64,000 nt of DNA. It comes from Myxococcota bacterium. GTDB taxonomy: Bacteria > Myxococcota_A > UBA796 > CAJQPC01. The position numbers and the translations under genes were made by a program. Shown here in pieces: positions 1-9,245 of the stretch (positions are counted from its first letter, which is position 1; each line of letters begins with the position of its first letter). Below the pieces are notes generated by a model, which worked only from the letters and a program-made list of their open reading frames with translations, was not told the DNA's origin and searched no databases. The stretch lies in assembly GCA_036012755.1 (NCBI GenBank), contig DASCPX010000059.1, positions 64,001 through 128,000 of the forward strand, read 5' to 3'.

Positions 1-237
1 TTGGAGGACTGGGGCGTGGGCTGGGAGGCCGCCGGCTACGACGACGAGGACGACTTCCTCGGCTCATGCTCGACCTGGGCCTGGGAGATGCAGGTGCTCG
101 AGGACGACGCCGTCGAGCGAGGCGAGGCCACCGGCGGAGAGGTTGCCGCGATCTGCGCCGAGCGTCGCGCGTTGTTCGAGTCGGAAGACGCGACCTGCCA
201 GACCTACACGGACCTGGAGTGGGGGGCCCCGTGGTGA
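1..237 (+). CDS. Hypothetical acidic, Cys-containing protein (5' partial)
   Basis: Open frame from the window edge with GC-biased codon usage; its TGA overlaps the ATG of the next gene (TGATG at 235-239). Confidence 0.6.
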   Translation: MEDWGVGWEAAGYDDEDDFLGSCSTWAWEMQVLEDDAVERGEATGGEVAAICAERRALFESEDATCQTYTDLEWGAPW

Positions 238-1724
238 TGCTCGTCTTGCTGGGCTGCGGGACCCCTGAGGTCGAGGGGGACTTCGTCTTCCTCCGCGACG
301 CCATCTTCGTCGACGGCGAGGTCGTCCCCACCAGCTGGAGCCCAGGCCAGCAGCTCGAGCACGAGGGCCGCGTGGCGACGGCACCCCACCGCGCCGAGTG
401 CATCACGCTGTTCGGCGTGGGGCTCGGCGACGTCTCGCGGGAGGTGGCGATGGGGCTCCCCGCACCCGACACCGCCCTGGCGTTTTCACCAGACGGCTCC
501 TTGCTCGCCGTGGGCTCCTACCGGGGCGAGGTGCTCGTGCTGGACGGCTGGACCGGCGAGGTCGTCGCGGACAAGCAGCTCTCCGAGACCATGGTGAAGT
601 TCGTCGCCTGGAGCGCCGACGGCCAGACCCTCTACGCCGCGGAGCAGTCCCCCGACGCCTTCGTGCACGCCTTCGATCCCAGGACCCTGGAGGTGCGCTG
701 GAGCTTCCGCGTCGCCGACGAGGTCGAGAGCTCTCCGCTCCCACCCGCAGAGGAGAAGTACGGGGTCTACGATCTCCCGGCGGCCTTTGGCATGGCGGCG
801 CTGCATGACGGCGGCCTCGTGATGACCGCGATGCACGGCTGGAACACCCCCGAGGGGCGTCGCAACGCCTCCAGGGTGCTGCGTCTCGACGCTGACGGGA
901 AGCTCGTCGACGCCTGGCCGGAAGCGGGGGTCGCCGACGCCACCTTCAAGCACCCCCGGGTGGACCTCGAGGGGGACCGCATCGTCTTCGCCGTCCATCG
1001 CACGGCGAGCGGAGAAGCCCCGACGGACCTGCCCATCGGCGGAATCCAGGTGCTGTCGCTCTCTGGGCTGGAGCCCGTGGTCTCGGTCATCGCCCCGGCG
1101 CTGGAGCCCTGGTACGACACGCCCTTCGTCTGGGAGGCCCTGGATGTCGACGGCGACGCGGTCTTCATGGGTTTTGGTGACGGGCGCGTCCTGCTCTTCG
1201 GCCAGGACGGCACCGAGCGGCTCGCGCTGACCCCGGGCACGCCGATCCTCTCTGGCGAGGTCCCCATCGCGGCGAGCGTCGGCTACGGCCAGTTCGCCGG
1301 GGACTTGCTGATCTTCCAGACGAGCACGACCCTGATCCCCTGGGGCGCCGCCTCGCCGGAGCTGCGGCCTCCGAGCACCCACCCCCGCGAGAACGCGCTG
1401 TGGGTCCACGACCTCGACGGCGAGCTATCCTGGACCTGGACCGGCGAGCAGGAGCTGGCGGGCCTCACGGTCCTTGGCGACACCCTCGTCGCGGGCGCCG
1501 GCCCCCGGAGCTCGGACAGCCGGGCGGATCTCTACGGGGCGCTGATCTTCGAGCTCTCCGGCGAGGGCTCGGGAGACGAGCGCCTCCGCGCCTTCTGCCC
1601 CACAGAGGGCCCCGCCTTCTTCCGGCAGACCCTCACAGAGGACGGACGCGTCGCGGTGACCGAGTTCCCCTACGCCGATGAAGGCGGCCAACACGGCACC
1701 TATCGGGTGACCGTGCTCCGCTGA
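237..1724 (+). CDS. WD40/beta-propeller lipoprotein
   Basis: Start MLVLLGC (lipobox) coupled to the upstream stop; WD40-like blades LAFSPDGSLLAVG and VAWSADGQTLYAA. Confidence 0.8.
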   Translation: MLVLLGCGTPEVEGDFVFLRDAIFVDGEVVPTSWSPGQQLEHEGRVATAPHRAECITLFGVGLGDVSREVAMGLPAPDTALAFSPDGSLLAVGSYRGEVLVLDGWTGEVVADKQLSETMVKFVAWSADGQTLYAAEQSPDAFVHAFDPRTLEVRWSFRVADEVESSPLPPAEEKYGVYDLPAAFGMAALHDGGLVMTAMHGWNTPEGRRNASRVLRLDADGKLVDAWPEAGVADATFKHPRVDLEGDRIVFAVHRTASGEAPTDLPIGGIQVLSLSGLEPVVSVIAPALEPWYDTPFVWEALDVDGDAVFMGFGDGRVLLFGQDGTERLALTPGTPILSGEVPIAASVGYGQFAGDLLIFQTSTTLIPWGAASPELRPPSTHPRENALWVHDLDGELSWTWTGEQELAGLTVLGDTLVAGAGPRSSDSRADLYGALIFELSGEGSGDERLRAFCPTEGPAFFRQTLTEDGRVAVTEFPYADEGGQHGTYRVTVLR

Positions 1725-3452
1725 GTGCTGGCCCTCCTGCTGGCCTGTGCCGCCGAGCGTATCGAGCCCGAGGTGCGGGTCGACCTTGGCGGCGTCGAGG
1801 TGGTCGGGAGGGACATCGAGCGCGTCGAGGTGGTCGATCCCCAGGGCGTGCCCCTCGCCGCCCAGCGGGCCCCAGCGGCGCTGGAGCAGATGCGGGTCAG
1901 CGTCCCGTGGCAGGAGGGCGGGACCCACGAGGTGATCGTCCGAGACGAGGCCGGGACGCACTCGATCGAAGTCGAACTCCCTCACGAGCGGCCCGTCTAC
2001 ACCATCGAGGTCCAGGCCCCGCTCGGCCAGGCCCAGGTCGAGGTCGGCGACGGCGAGGTCATCAGCGTGCCGCTGATCGGCGGGCGCCCGGCAGAGGTCG
2101 GCGTCTTCGCCCGAGCCTGGGAAGAGGTCGTCATCGAGACCCGCTTCGGTGGCGAGGACCCCGAGACCCACGACCTGCGACCGGGGGAGCGAGCGGTGTT
2201 GGTGCGAGCCCTGACCGAGGAGGTCGAGGTCGTCGTGGGAGAGGTCGGCTTCGTCCTGGAGCCGACGCACAGCTCGGTGGAAGACGCCGCCGCGCTGCTC
2301 CACGTCGAAGAGGTCGTCTTCCCAGCAGAACCCAGCGGTCACGCGGATCCGGCGAGGGTCCGCGACCGGGTGGCGCTGCCCTCTCACTGGTGGCGCTCGG
2401 TGCTGAGGTCTACGGGCCTGGGTTTCCGGCCTCGGGACGAGTTCGCCGTCTACGCCTGGCAGGCGGTCCACCTGCGAAACGACGGCGAGGACGCCATCAA
2501 CGTCGTGCTCGAGGCCCGCGTCGTGGACGAAGAGGGCGACTACGCACCGGCCTTCAGGCCTCGCATGAGGGCGGGGGACGATGGCAGCGGGCGAGTCCGG
2601 GCGCTGATGCGGGTGCCCCCGGGCTCCAGCGCCGTCGGCACACTCCCGCTCTACGTCGACGAGGATCTGCTGGGCATGGACGAGGTGCGCTCCAAGAGCT
2701 GGACCGCCGAGATCGCCGTCATCCCCCTGGGCGCGAGCGAGGCCGTCACGGTCCACCGGCGACCGATCCACGCCTCTCGAGGCTCCTCGACCGCCTCGCT
2801 GGGCCTGCTCGCCGCGCTGGTGGCCGCCGTGCTCGGCACCGGCCTGCTGGTCACCCGCGGACGCCGATGGCTCCAGGACTTCCAGACCTCCGAGCTCATG
2901 ACCATCGCGCTCTTCGGGGCGCTCTCGTTCCTGGTGGGCGCCGCTGGACGCTTGCTCAGCACCGGAGTGGCCACGCTGCTGGGGCCTTTTTCGCCCTTCC
3001 TCACCGGCCTCGTCGACGACGCCTTCCGCTACACGCTCATCGCCACGCTCCTGGTGTTGCTGCCGCGGGTCGGGGTGGCCTCTCTGGCCGTGATCGTGAG
3101 CTGGATGCTGTCGGGGCTGATGCTCGGCACCTTCCAGGTGACGGACCTGTTGTTCGTCGGCGGTCGGGTCTTCTGGCTCGAGGGCTTCCTGTGGCTGGCT
3201 GGCATCACCCGCCAGAGCGGCTGGCTGGACGAGGTCCCTTGGAGGCGATGGCTGCGCCTGAGCTTCGGGCTCGGGCTGGCCTCTGCCTTCACCAGCGCCA
3301 CCGGCGTGGTGCTGATGGTGACGCTGTATCGGCTCTTCCTGGCGGACTGGTTCGTCATCGCGCTGGTCTCCGGCCCCGGCTTCCTCTACGTGGTCCTCGC
3401 CTGCCTGATCGCCGTGCCCTTCGCGGACTCCCTGCGGAGGATCCAGCGGTGA
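1725..3452 (+). CDS. Lipoprotein with large extracytoplasmic domain fused to a C-terminal ECF S-component-like membrane domain
   Basis: MLALLLAC start; about 350 aa soluble region, then about 7 hydrophobic helices beginning FQTSELMTIALFGAL (S-component-like); lies directly upstream of ecfA and ecfT. Confidence 0.65.
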   Translation: MLALLLACAAERIEPEVRVDLGGVEVVGRDIERVEVVDPQGVPLAAQRAPAALEQMRVSVPWQEGGTHEVIVRDEAGTHSIEVELPHERPVYTIEVQAPLGQAQVEVGDGEVISVPLIGGRPAEVGVFARAWEEVVIETRFGGEDPETHDLRPGERAVLVRALTEEVEVVVGEVGFVLEPTHSSVEDAAALLHVEEVVFPAEPSGHADPARVRDRVALPSHWWRSVLRSTGLGFRPRDEFAVYAWQAVHLRNDGEDAINVVLEARVVDEEGDYAPAFRPRMRAGDDGSGRVRALMRVPPGSSAVGTLPLYVDEDLLGMDEVRSKSWTAEIAVIPLGASEAVTVHRRPIHASRGSSTASLGLLAALVAAVLGTGLLVTRGRRWLQDFQTSELMTIALFGALSFLVGAAGRLLSTGVATLLGPFSPFLTGLVDDAFRYTLIATLLVLLPRVGVASLAVIVSWMLSGLMLGTFQVTDLLFVGGRVFWLEGFLWLAGITRQSGWLDEVPWRRWLRLSFGLGLASAFTSATGVVLMVTLYRLFLADWFVIALVSGPGFLYVVLACLIAVPFADSLRRIQR

Positions 3453-4714
3453 TCGAGCTCGCCGGCGCCGGCTACCGCTACCCATCGGGTCCCCTGGGCA
3501 TCGAGGACGTCGATCTGCAGGTCGCCGCCGGGGAGATCGTGCTGTTGACCGGGCCGACGGGCTGCGGCAAGAGCACCCTGTTGCGCCTGGCCGCCGGGCT
3601 CCTTCAGCGCCACGGGCAGGGCGAGGTCCAGGGCGAGGTCCTCGTCGATGGCCGCGACCCCGCGGGGCTGTCGCCCTCCGAGCGCGTGCGGCTGCTGGGC
3701 TTCGTCGCCCAGGAGCCCGGGGATCAGCTCGTCGCGGGCACCGTCGGGGACGAGCTCGCCTTCGCGATGGAGTCGGCCGGCTTCGGAGCCGAGGCCATGG
3801 GCCAGCAGCTGCCGGAGCTGTTGCGGACCATCGGCCTGCACATCGGGCTGGAGCGCTCCACCGCGGCGCTCTCCGGTGGCCAGACCCAGCGGCTGGTCGT
3901 GGGCGCCACCCTGGCCGCTGGCGCCAGGGCGCTGTTGCTCGACGAGCCCATCGCACAGCTGGACCCGGAGGGCGCCCAGGCGCTGCTCGGACGCCTGCGG
4001 GCGCTGGCCGACTCGGGACTCGCGGTGCTCTTGGTCGAGCACCGCATCGACACTGTGCTGCCCTTCGTGGACCGGGTGGCGACCATGGCAGCCGGTCGGG
4101 TGGTGTCAGCAGAGGAGGCGGCGATCTACCAGGCGCCGCCTCGGTCCTCGGCTCGCCTGCCCGTGACCGAGCCAGGGGAGCTCTTGTTCTCTGCGAGGGA
4201 CCTGTGCCACGACTACGACGGCATCGAGGCCCTGCGTGGCGTGGACTTCGAGCTGCGCGCCAACGAGCGCGTCGCCCTGGTGGGGCCCAACGGGGCCGGC
4301 AAGAGCACGCTGTTGTCGAAGCTCCCGGGGCTGATGGTGCCCCAGGATCCCGACCTGGCGCTGTTCTGCGGCACCGTCCGCAGGGAGCTGGCCTATGGGC
4401 CGCGGGAGAGGGGGAGTGAGCTCGGCGTCGTCGAGGACACCGCCGAGAAGCTGGGCCTCTCGGAGCTGCTGGATCGGGCGCCCCAGGCGCTCTCGCGCGG
4501 ACAGCGGCTTCGCTGCGCGGTGGCCGCAGCGCTCACCTGCGAGCCCAGGGTGCTGCTGCTCGACGAGCCGACCAGCGGACAGGACCAGGTCCAGGTCGAG
4601 CACATGATGTCCGCCCTCGGAGACGTGACGCTGGTCTTCGCGACCCACGACCTCGATCTGGCCAGGCGGCACGCGACCCGGACGGTGCGGCTGGTCGACG
4701 GGCGGGTGGCCTGA
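3449..4714 (+). CDS. ecfA: ECF transporter ATPase with two fused ABC domains
   Basis: Two Walker A motifs (GPTGCGKST, GPNGAGKST), signatures LSGGQ and LSRGQ, Walker B LLLDEP twice; GTG start overlaps the previous stop. Confidence 0.9.
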   Translation: MIELAGAGYRYPSGPLGIEDVDLQVAAGEIVLLTGPTGCGKSTLLRLAAGLLQRHGQGEVQGEVLVDGRDPAGLSPSERVRLLGFVAQEPGDQLVAGTVGDELAFAMESAGFGAEAMGQQLPELLRTIGLHIGLERSTAALSGGQTQRLVVGATLAAGARALLLDEPIAQLDPEGAQALLGRLRALADSGLAVLLVEHRIDTVLPFVDRVATMAAGRVVSAEEAAIYQAPPRSSARLPVTEPGELLFSARDLCHDYDGIEALRGVDFELRANERVALVGPNGAGKSTLLSKLPGLMVPQDPDLALFCGTVRRELAYGPRERGSELGVVEDTAEKLGLSELLDRAPQALSRGQRLRCAVAAALTCEPRVLLLDEPTSGQDQVQVEHMMSALGDVTLVFATHDLDLARRHATRTVRLVDGRVA

Positions 4715-5514
4715 TGGACCCGCGGACCCGCATCGTGCTGATCCTCTGCGCTGGAGTGGCGGCGATCTCGCTGGAGAGCCCCCAGGCCCTGAGCGCGCTG
4801 ACGCTTGTGTGCGCGCTGTCGCTGGTGGCGCTGAGGGTGTCCTGGTCCTGGTGGCGCCGGGGTCTCCTCCTCGTCGTAGCCCTGCTGTGGGGGACGGCGC
4901 TGTCCCAGGGCCTCTTCTACTCGGAGCAGCCAAGGGTGGCGCTTGTCCACCTGGGCCCCCTGGTGCTCTGGCGAGAGGGGGTGACCTGGGGCCTGGCCCA
5001 GTCACTCCGCTTCATCGCCGTGGCGCTGGCTGGCATCGCGCTGGCGGTCTCTACCCCCCCGGATCGACTCTTCGCCGCCCTCCAGCGCATGCGCGTGCCC
5101 TTCGGGCTGGCCCTGATGGCCTCTACGGCGCTGCGGCTGTTGCCGCGAATCGCCAGCGAGGTCCTCACCGTTCGCAAGGCACGAGCGGCCAGGGGACGCC
5201 CGGTCTGGAAGCGCTCGCCGTGGGCGTGGCTGGTCCTCGAGGTCTCCTTGATGCGGCCGGTGGTTGCCCGCTCCTGGAGGCGAGCCCAAGTGCTGGCAGA
5301 GGCCCTCGACTCCCGGGGATTCGACCCCGTCGCCCCCCGCGCGGTGCGCAAACCCCTCCGCTTCGGTGTCTTGGACTACATGCTGCTGCTGTCGGGTCCT
5401 GGCATCGCGCTGGCGGTCGCGGGCTCGCGCGTCGCCTACCTTCTGTATACGAGCGAGACCCTGTACATCCAAGCGCTGCGGCCGCTATACGGCTTTGTCC
5501 GCGCATACCTGTGA
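4714..5514 (+). CDS. ecfT: ECF transporter transmembrane T component (CbiQ/EcfT family)
   Basis: Start MDPRTRI; hydrophobic helices; conserved X-R-X motifs ARAARG and ALDSRGF. Confidence 0.9.
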   Translation: MDPRTRIVLILCAGVAAISLESPQALSALTLVCALSLVALRVSWSWWRRGLLLVVALLWGTALSQGLFYSEQPRVALVHLGPLVLWREGVTWGLAQSLRFIAVALAGIALAVSTPPDRLFAALQRMRVPFGLALMASTALRLLPRIASEVLTVRKARAARGRPVWKRSPWAWLVLEVSLMRPVVARSWRRAQVLAEALDSRGFDPVAPRAVRKPLRFGVLDYMLLLSGPGIALAVAGSRVAYLLYTSETLYIQALRPLYGFVRAYL

Positions 5515-5523
5515 GGTTCTAGA

Positions 5524-5960
5524 GTGCTGCTTCTCATCGCCCTGGCCCAAGGCGCCGACAAGGCCGAGTACGACAGGGAATACGGGACCCGTACCCTGAA
5601 CCCGAGCGAACTCGCGGCGGTGAACCGCTGCCTCGTCGCCTGAGGGGACCACCCCTTCGCCGAGTTGGCCTCCGAGGAGGTCCGCGTCATCGAGACCAAC
5701 GTCCGCGTGATGGGCTTCGGCGGCACGGAGCCCCGCGACGAGCTCCAGACCGATCTCACGACCAGCTCGTGCTGATCGGGCCGGCGATCTCCGCGGTCAC
5801 GCGGACGACCTACGAGCTCCAGAACCCAAACGGCTGGTACTGCTTCCACACGACGACCACGGTGCTCGGGCAGAACCGCATCAACCTCGCCTGCGGTGCG
5901 CAGCTCGCGAACTCGCGTGACGGGGTGGCGGTCTCGGGGGTCTCGGCGAGGGCGAGGCTG
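5524..5960 (+). pseudogene. Disrupted secreted Cys-containing hypothetical protein
   Basis: GTG 5524 gives MLLLIALAQGA...NRCLVA, then in-frame TGA at 5641-5643 with coding-like sequence continuing (GDHPF...); frameshift near 5755 into QLVLIGP...NPNGWYCF. 3' end approximate. Confidence 0.6.
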
Positions 5961-6060
5961 GCCAACAACAGGGTCACGGACCCACCATACGTTCGGGAGG
6001 GCCGGCTTCATGCAGTCCCGCGATCATGCTGTCTGCGTGACGCTCGGATAGTGCGAAGAG

Positions 6061-7566
6061 GTGAACGATCCGCCCCAACAAGACGACGCACTGCTGCGCC
6101 TCGGGACGTGGCAGCTGGCGCTGGCGGAGGGCGCGCCCGGGCAGCTCTTGAGGCTGGATACGGACGCGGCGTGGATCACGATCCCCAAGTTCGGCGCTGT
6201 CCTCTTGACCACAGCGCACGGACCCGAGCGGCTGGTCGAGCTCGCCACGGAGTTTCGCCAGCGGGCCACGAAGAAGGCCACGCTGGTGGTGCTCGGCGGC
6301 GGTTTGGACGTTCGCGAGCAGCTCGAGACGAACCCCCCCCTGCCCGAGCAACTCCCAGCTGGCTTCTCCGTTGGCCGCCCGATGGGAGTCGACGTGATGC
6401 ACGTCGATCACTGGGGCCGGAGGTGGCCGGGGGCCGTCGGAGAGCTCGCGCTCCTCGACCCCCGCGAGCCAGAGGTCCCCCCCGGCCAGTTCCAGGCAGC
6501 CGCGGACGAGGCCCTGCGGCAGGCCCGCGCCTTCTCTCGCTGGCAGAGCGTGATGCAGGGCCGAAAGCCCTGGGGGACCTGGCTGCTGTGCGCCGCGATC
6601 GCAGCGGTCTTCCTCATCGAGCTGGCCTCGGGAGGCACCGACAGCCTGCCGGTCCTCGTGCGCAGCGGCGGGCTCACCTCGGACGTGCTCTTCAGGGGCG
6701 AGCTCTGGCAGCTGGCGTCTGCCTCCTTCGTCCATGGAGGCTGGCTGCACATCGGCTTCGCCGTCTTCGTGCTGTGGATGCTCGGGGGCTTCCTCGAGCG
6801 CCTCATCGGCACGCCGCGCTTTTTGGTCCTCTACTTTCTCTCTGCGCTGGGTGGGAGCCTCCTCGCCATGCCGACCGCCCTGGCGGGGGCGACGGTCGTG
6901 GGTTCCTCGACGGCCCTCTGGGGCATCCTCGTCGCCCACTTCGTGCTCTCCCGTCGACCGCGCGGGCTGTTGCCCCCGGCGCTCTTGCCCCAGGCTCGGC
7001 GAGTCGCCACCATCAACCTCCTGCTCAACGCTGCGGTCTCCTTCCTTCCTGGTGTCTCCCTGCTCGGTCACCTGGGCGGGGGCCTCGTCGGCTTCATGCT
7101 CTTCATGCCCGGGATCCTCCAGTGGGGTCTGTCGGCGAAGGTCGAGACGCCGCTGTCGAAGCGCATCTTTCGTGGCCTCGCCGCCGGATTGACGGGCTTG
7201 TTCCTGAGCGCCCAGGTGGTGGCGCTCTCCAGCGGCACACCCTGGGTCGTAGAAGGTGAACCGACCCTCGAGGAGCGCGAGCTCGTGTCCGGACTGGTCG
7301 TGGAGATCCCCGACTACCTCGAGCAGGATGGCCAGAAGCACGGGCGCGTGCCTCGCGATCCGGCCTCTGTGAAGGCCGTCGAGCACCGCCCGAAGGACCC
7401 CGATCGCTTTGTCGAGAGTTGGGCGCGCCTGCATCCCGAGGACACGATCCTGTGGGTCGACGACCGCCTTGTCACGGTCCGCATCGAACAGGTCGAAGGG
7501 ATGGACGTCCCCTGGGTGGGCGCCCTGGAGAGGCAGCTCTCGGCCCACGCCCGGCCAGAGGAATGA
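6061..7566 (+). CDS. Rhomboid family intramembrane serine protease with N- and C-terminal extensions
   Basis: ELWQLASASFVHGGWLHI (WR/HxxxxH region), VGSSTA (catalytic Ser), GHLGG (catalytic His). Confidence 0.85.
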   Translation: MNDPPQQDDALLRLGTWQLALAEGAPGQLLRLDTDAAWITIPKFGAVLLTTAHGPERLVELATEFRQRATKKATLVVLGGGLDVREQLETNPPLPEQLPAGFSVGRPMGVDVMHVDHWGRRWPGAVGELALLDPREPEVPPGQFQAAADEALRQARAFSRWQSVMQGRKPWGTWLLCAAIAAVFLIELASGGTDSLPVLVRSGGLTSDVLFRGELWQLASASFVHGGWLHIGFAVFVLWMLGGFLERLIGTPRFLVLYFLSALGGSLLAMPTALAGATVVGSSTALWGILVAHFVLSRRPRGLLPPALLPQARRVATINLLLNAAVSFLPGVSLLGHLGGGLVGFMLFMPGILQWGLSAKVETPLSKRIFRGLAAGLTGLFLSAQVVALSSGTPWVVEGEPTLEERELVSGLVVEIPDYLEQDGQKHGRVPRDPASVKAVEHRPKDPDRFVESWARLHPEDTILWVDDRLVTVRIEQVEGMDVPWVGALERQLSAHARPEE

Positions 7567-7604
7567 GCAGAGACATCATCTGAACCTGTGGTATCCAAAA
7601 CCGG

Positions 7605-9245
7605 ATGCCCGAACATGGTCTGGACCGTAAGACGCACGAGTCCGCAGCGGGCCTCTTCAAGGCCTTCGACAAGCTGCTGCGGGCGATCCGCCTGTACGAG
7701 GGGGAGGGCCCGCTGGTGGACCGGCTGGTCGAAGAGGTCGCCACCAGGGCGAAGGACACCGTGGTGGGAGAGCTGACCCTGCGCGTGACCCCGGTGGGGC
7801 TCGTGCTCGATGGCAAACCCCTCATCTCCGGAGACGACAAGGTCCCTTCCTACCTCTTCGAGCTCTTCTGCGATGGCGCGCGCGAGCTGACGCTCATCGA
7901 GGGCATCGACGGCCCCCAGATTCACAAGCTCGCCGAGGTCTTCACCGCGCAGTTCGCGGACGAGGAAGAGGATCGGGTCACGCTGTTGTGGAAGGCCGAT
8001 CTCACCCACATCCGGTACTTCGCCACCGACACGCTGGAGGTGGGCGAGTACGTCGACGAAGAGACCCAGTCCCAGCTCGCATCCGGACGCCAGGTCCGCG
8101 GACTCTCCGGCACTGGCGATGGGGACGAGGTCGTGCTCTCCAGCGACGATCTGCGCATCCTGCGGACGAACGAGGCGCTCCTCTGGGTGCGCGACGCTCG
8201 GACGCCCATGACCGCTCCCGAGAAGCTCGAGGACGCGATCGCGATGGTGCGAAAGTCCTTCGAGACACCCTCGGACCACCGCCGCTTCCTCGCGATGACC
8301 ATTCGCTTCGGCGTCGACGAACCCGGCGTGGCCAGTCCGCTCGCGCTCGGACACTACGACGCGCTGCTGATGTCGCGGGACCACGAGGGACTCGCGGCGA
8401 CGCTGGAGGGACTCGCCGCGCTGATGCCCCGGGCCGGCACGCCTGGGAAGACCCTGCGGGCAGCGCTCTTCGAGCCACGCCGGCTCGCCGGGATCGCCCC
8501 GATCGTCGAGCACCACCCAGGCACCACGCTCTCGGCCCTGAGTGCCCTCTGCGGAGAGGAACTCGCCCCGCTCGTGGGTCTGCTGAACCACCTGCGCCCA
8601 GGCAAGCCGCAGCAGCTCCTGCAGAGCATGCTGGAAGAAGGCGGCGTCGATCTCTCTGCCTTCTACACCCGAGGCCTGGACGATCCGGACATCGAGGTGG
8701 TGGTGGCCGCGGTGAAGTCGCTCGCCCGGACCGGCACGCCCCAGGCCTATGGCGAGATCGCGAAGGCCCTCGCCCACACGCTGACGCCCGTCCGCCAGGC
8801 TGCCCTGCAGGCCCTCGTCGGCAACTACGTCGAGAGCGCGAGGCTGTCCCTGGGGCGCGCCCTCCGTGATCCGGTACGAGAGAATCGCTTCCTCGCCCTG
8901 GACGTCCTCGAGCACTCCGGCGAGACCCGGGCGGCCGGGCTGATCCTGGGCGCCATGCAGGACAGCGGGTTCTCGAGCCGAGACGACGAGGAGCAGGGAG
9001 CCTTCTACAAGGCGCTGGCCTCCTTCGAGGACCCGCGCACCGTGAGCTTCTTCGCCAGGGTGCTGATGTCCAGCAACATCACCCGCAGCGAAGGCCTGGA
9101 GAGGCGCCAGATCCAGGCGGCCCAGGCGCTGGCGCGCATCAAGACCGACGAGTCCCGCGCGGCCCTGGCCAAGAGCCGAGGACGCTGGCGCCTCTCTCCG
9201 CGCGTTCGCAGCGCCGTGGACGACGCCACCCGTGAGTCGACGTGA
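7605..9245 (+). CDS. HEAT-repeat protein
   Basis: C-terminal HEAT-like repeats (LDDPDIEVVVAAVKSLA, VRQAALQAL, LRDPVRENRFLALDVL). Confidence 0.75.
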   Translation: MPEHGLDRKTHESAAGLFKAFDKLLRAIRLYEGEGPLVDRLVEEVATRAKDTVVGELTLRVTPVGLVLDGKPLISGDDKVPSYLFELFCDGARELTLIEGIDGPQIHKLAEVFTAQFADEEEDRVTLLWKADLTHIRYFATDTLEVGEYVDEETQSQLASGRQVRGLSGTGDGDEVVLSSDDLRILRTNEALLWVRDARTPMTAPEKLEDAIAMVRKSFETPSDHRRFLAMTIRFGVDEPGVASPLALGHYDALLMSRDHEGLAATLEGLAALMPRAGTPGKTLRAALFEPRRLAGIAPIVEHHPGTTLSALSALCGEELAPLVGLLNHLRPGKPQQLLQSMLEEGGVDLSAFYTRGLDDPDIEVVVAAVKSLARTGTPQAYGEIAKALAHTLTPVRQAALQALVGNYVESARLSLGRALRDPVRENRFLALDVLEHSGETRAAGLILGAMQDSGFSSRDDEEQGAFYKALASFEDPRTVSFFARVLMSSNITRSEGLERRQIQAAQALARIKTDESRAALAKSRGRWRLSPRVRSAVDDATREST

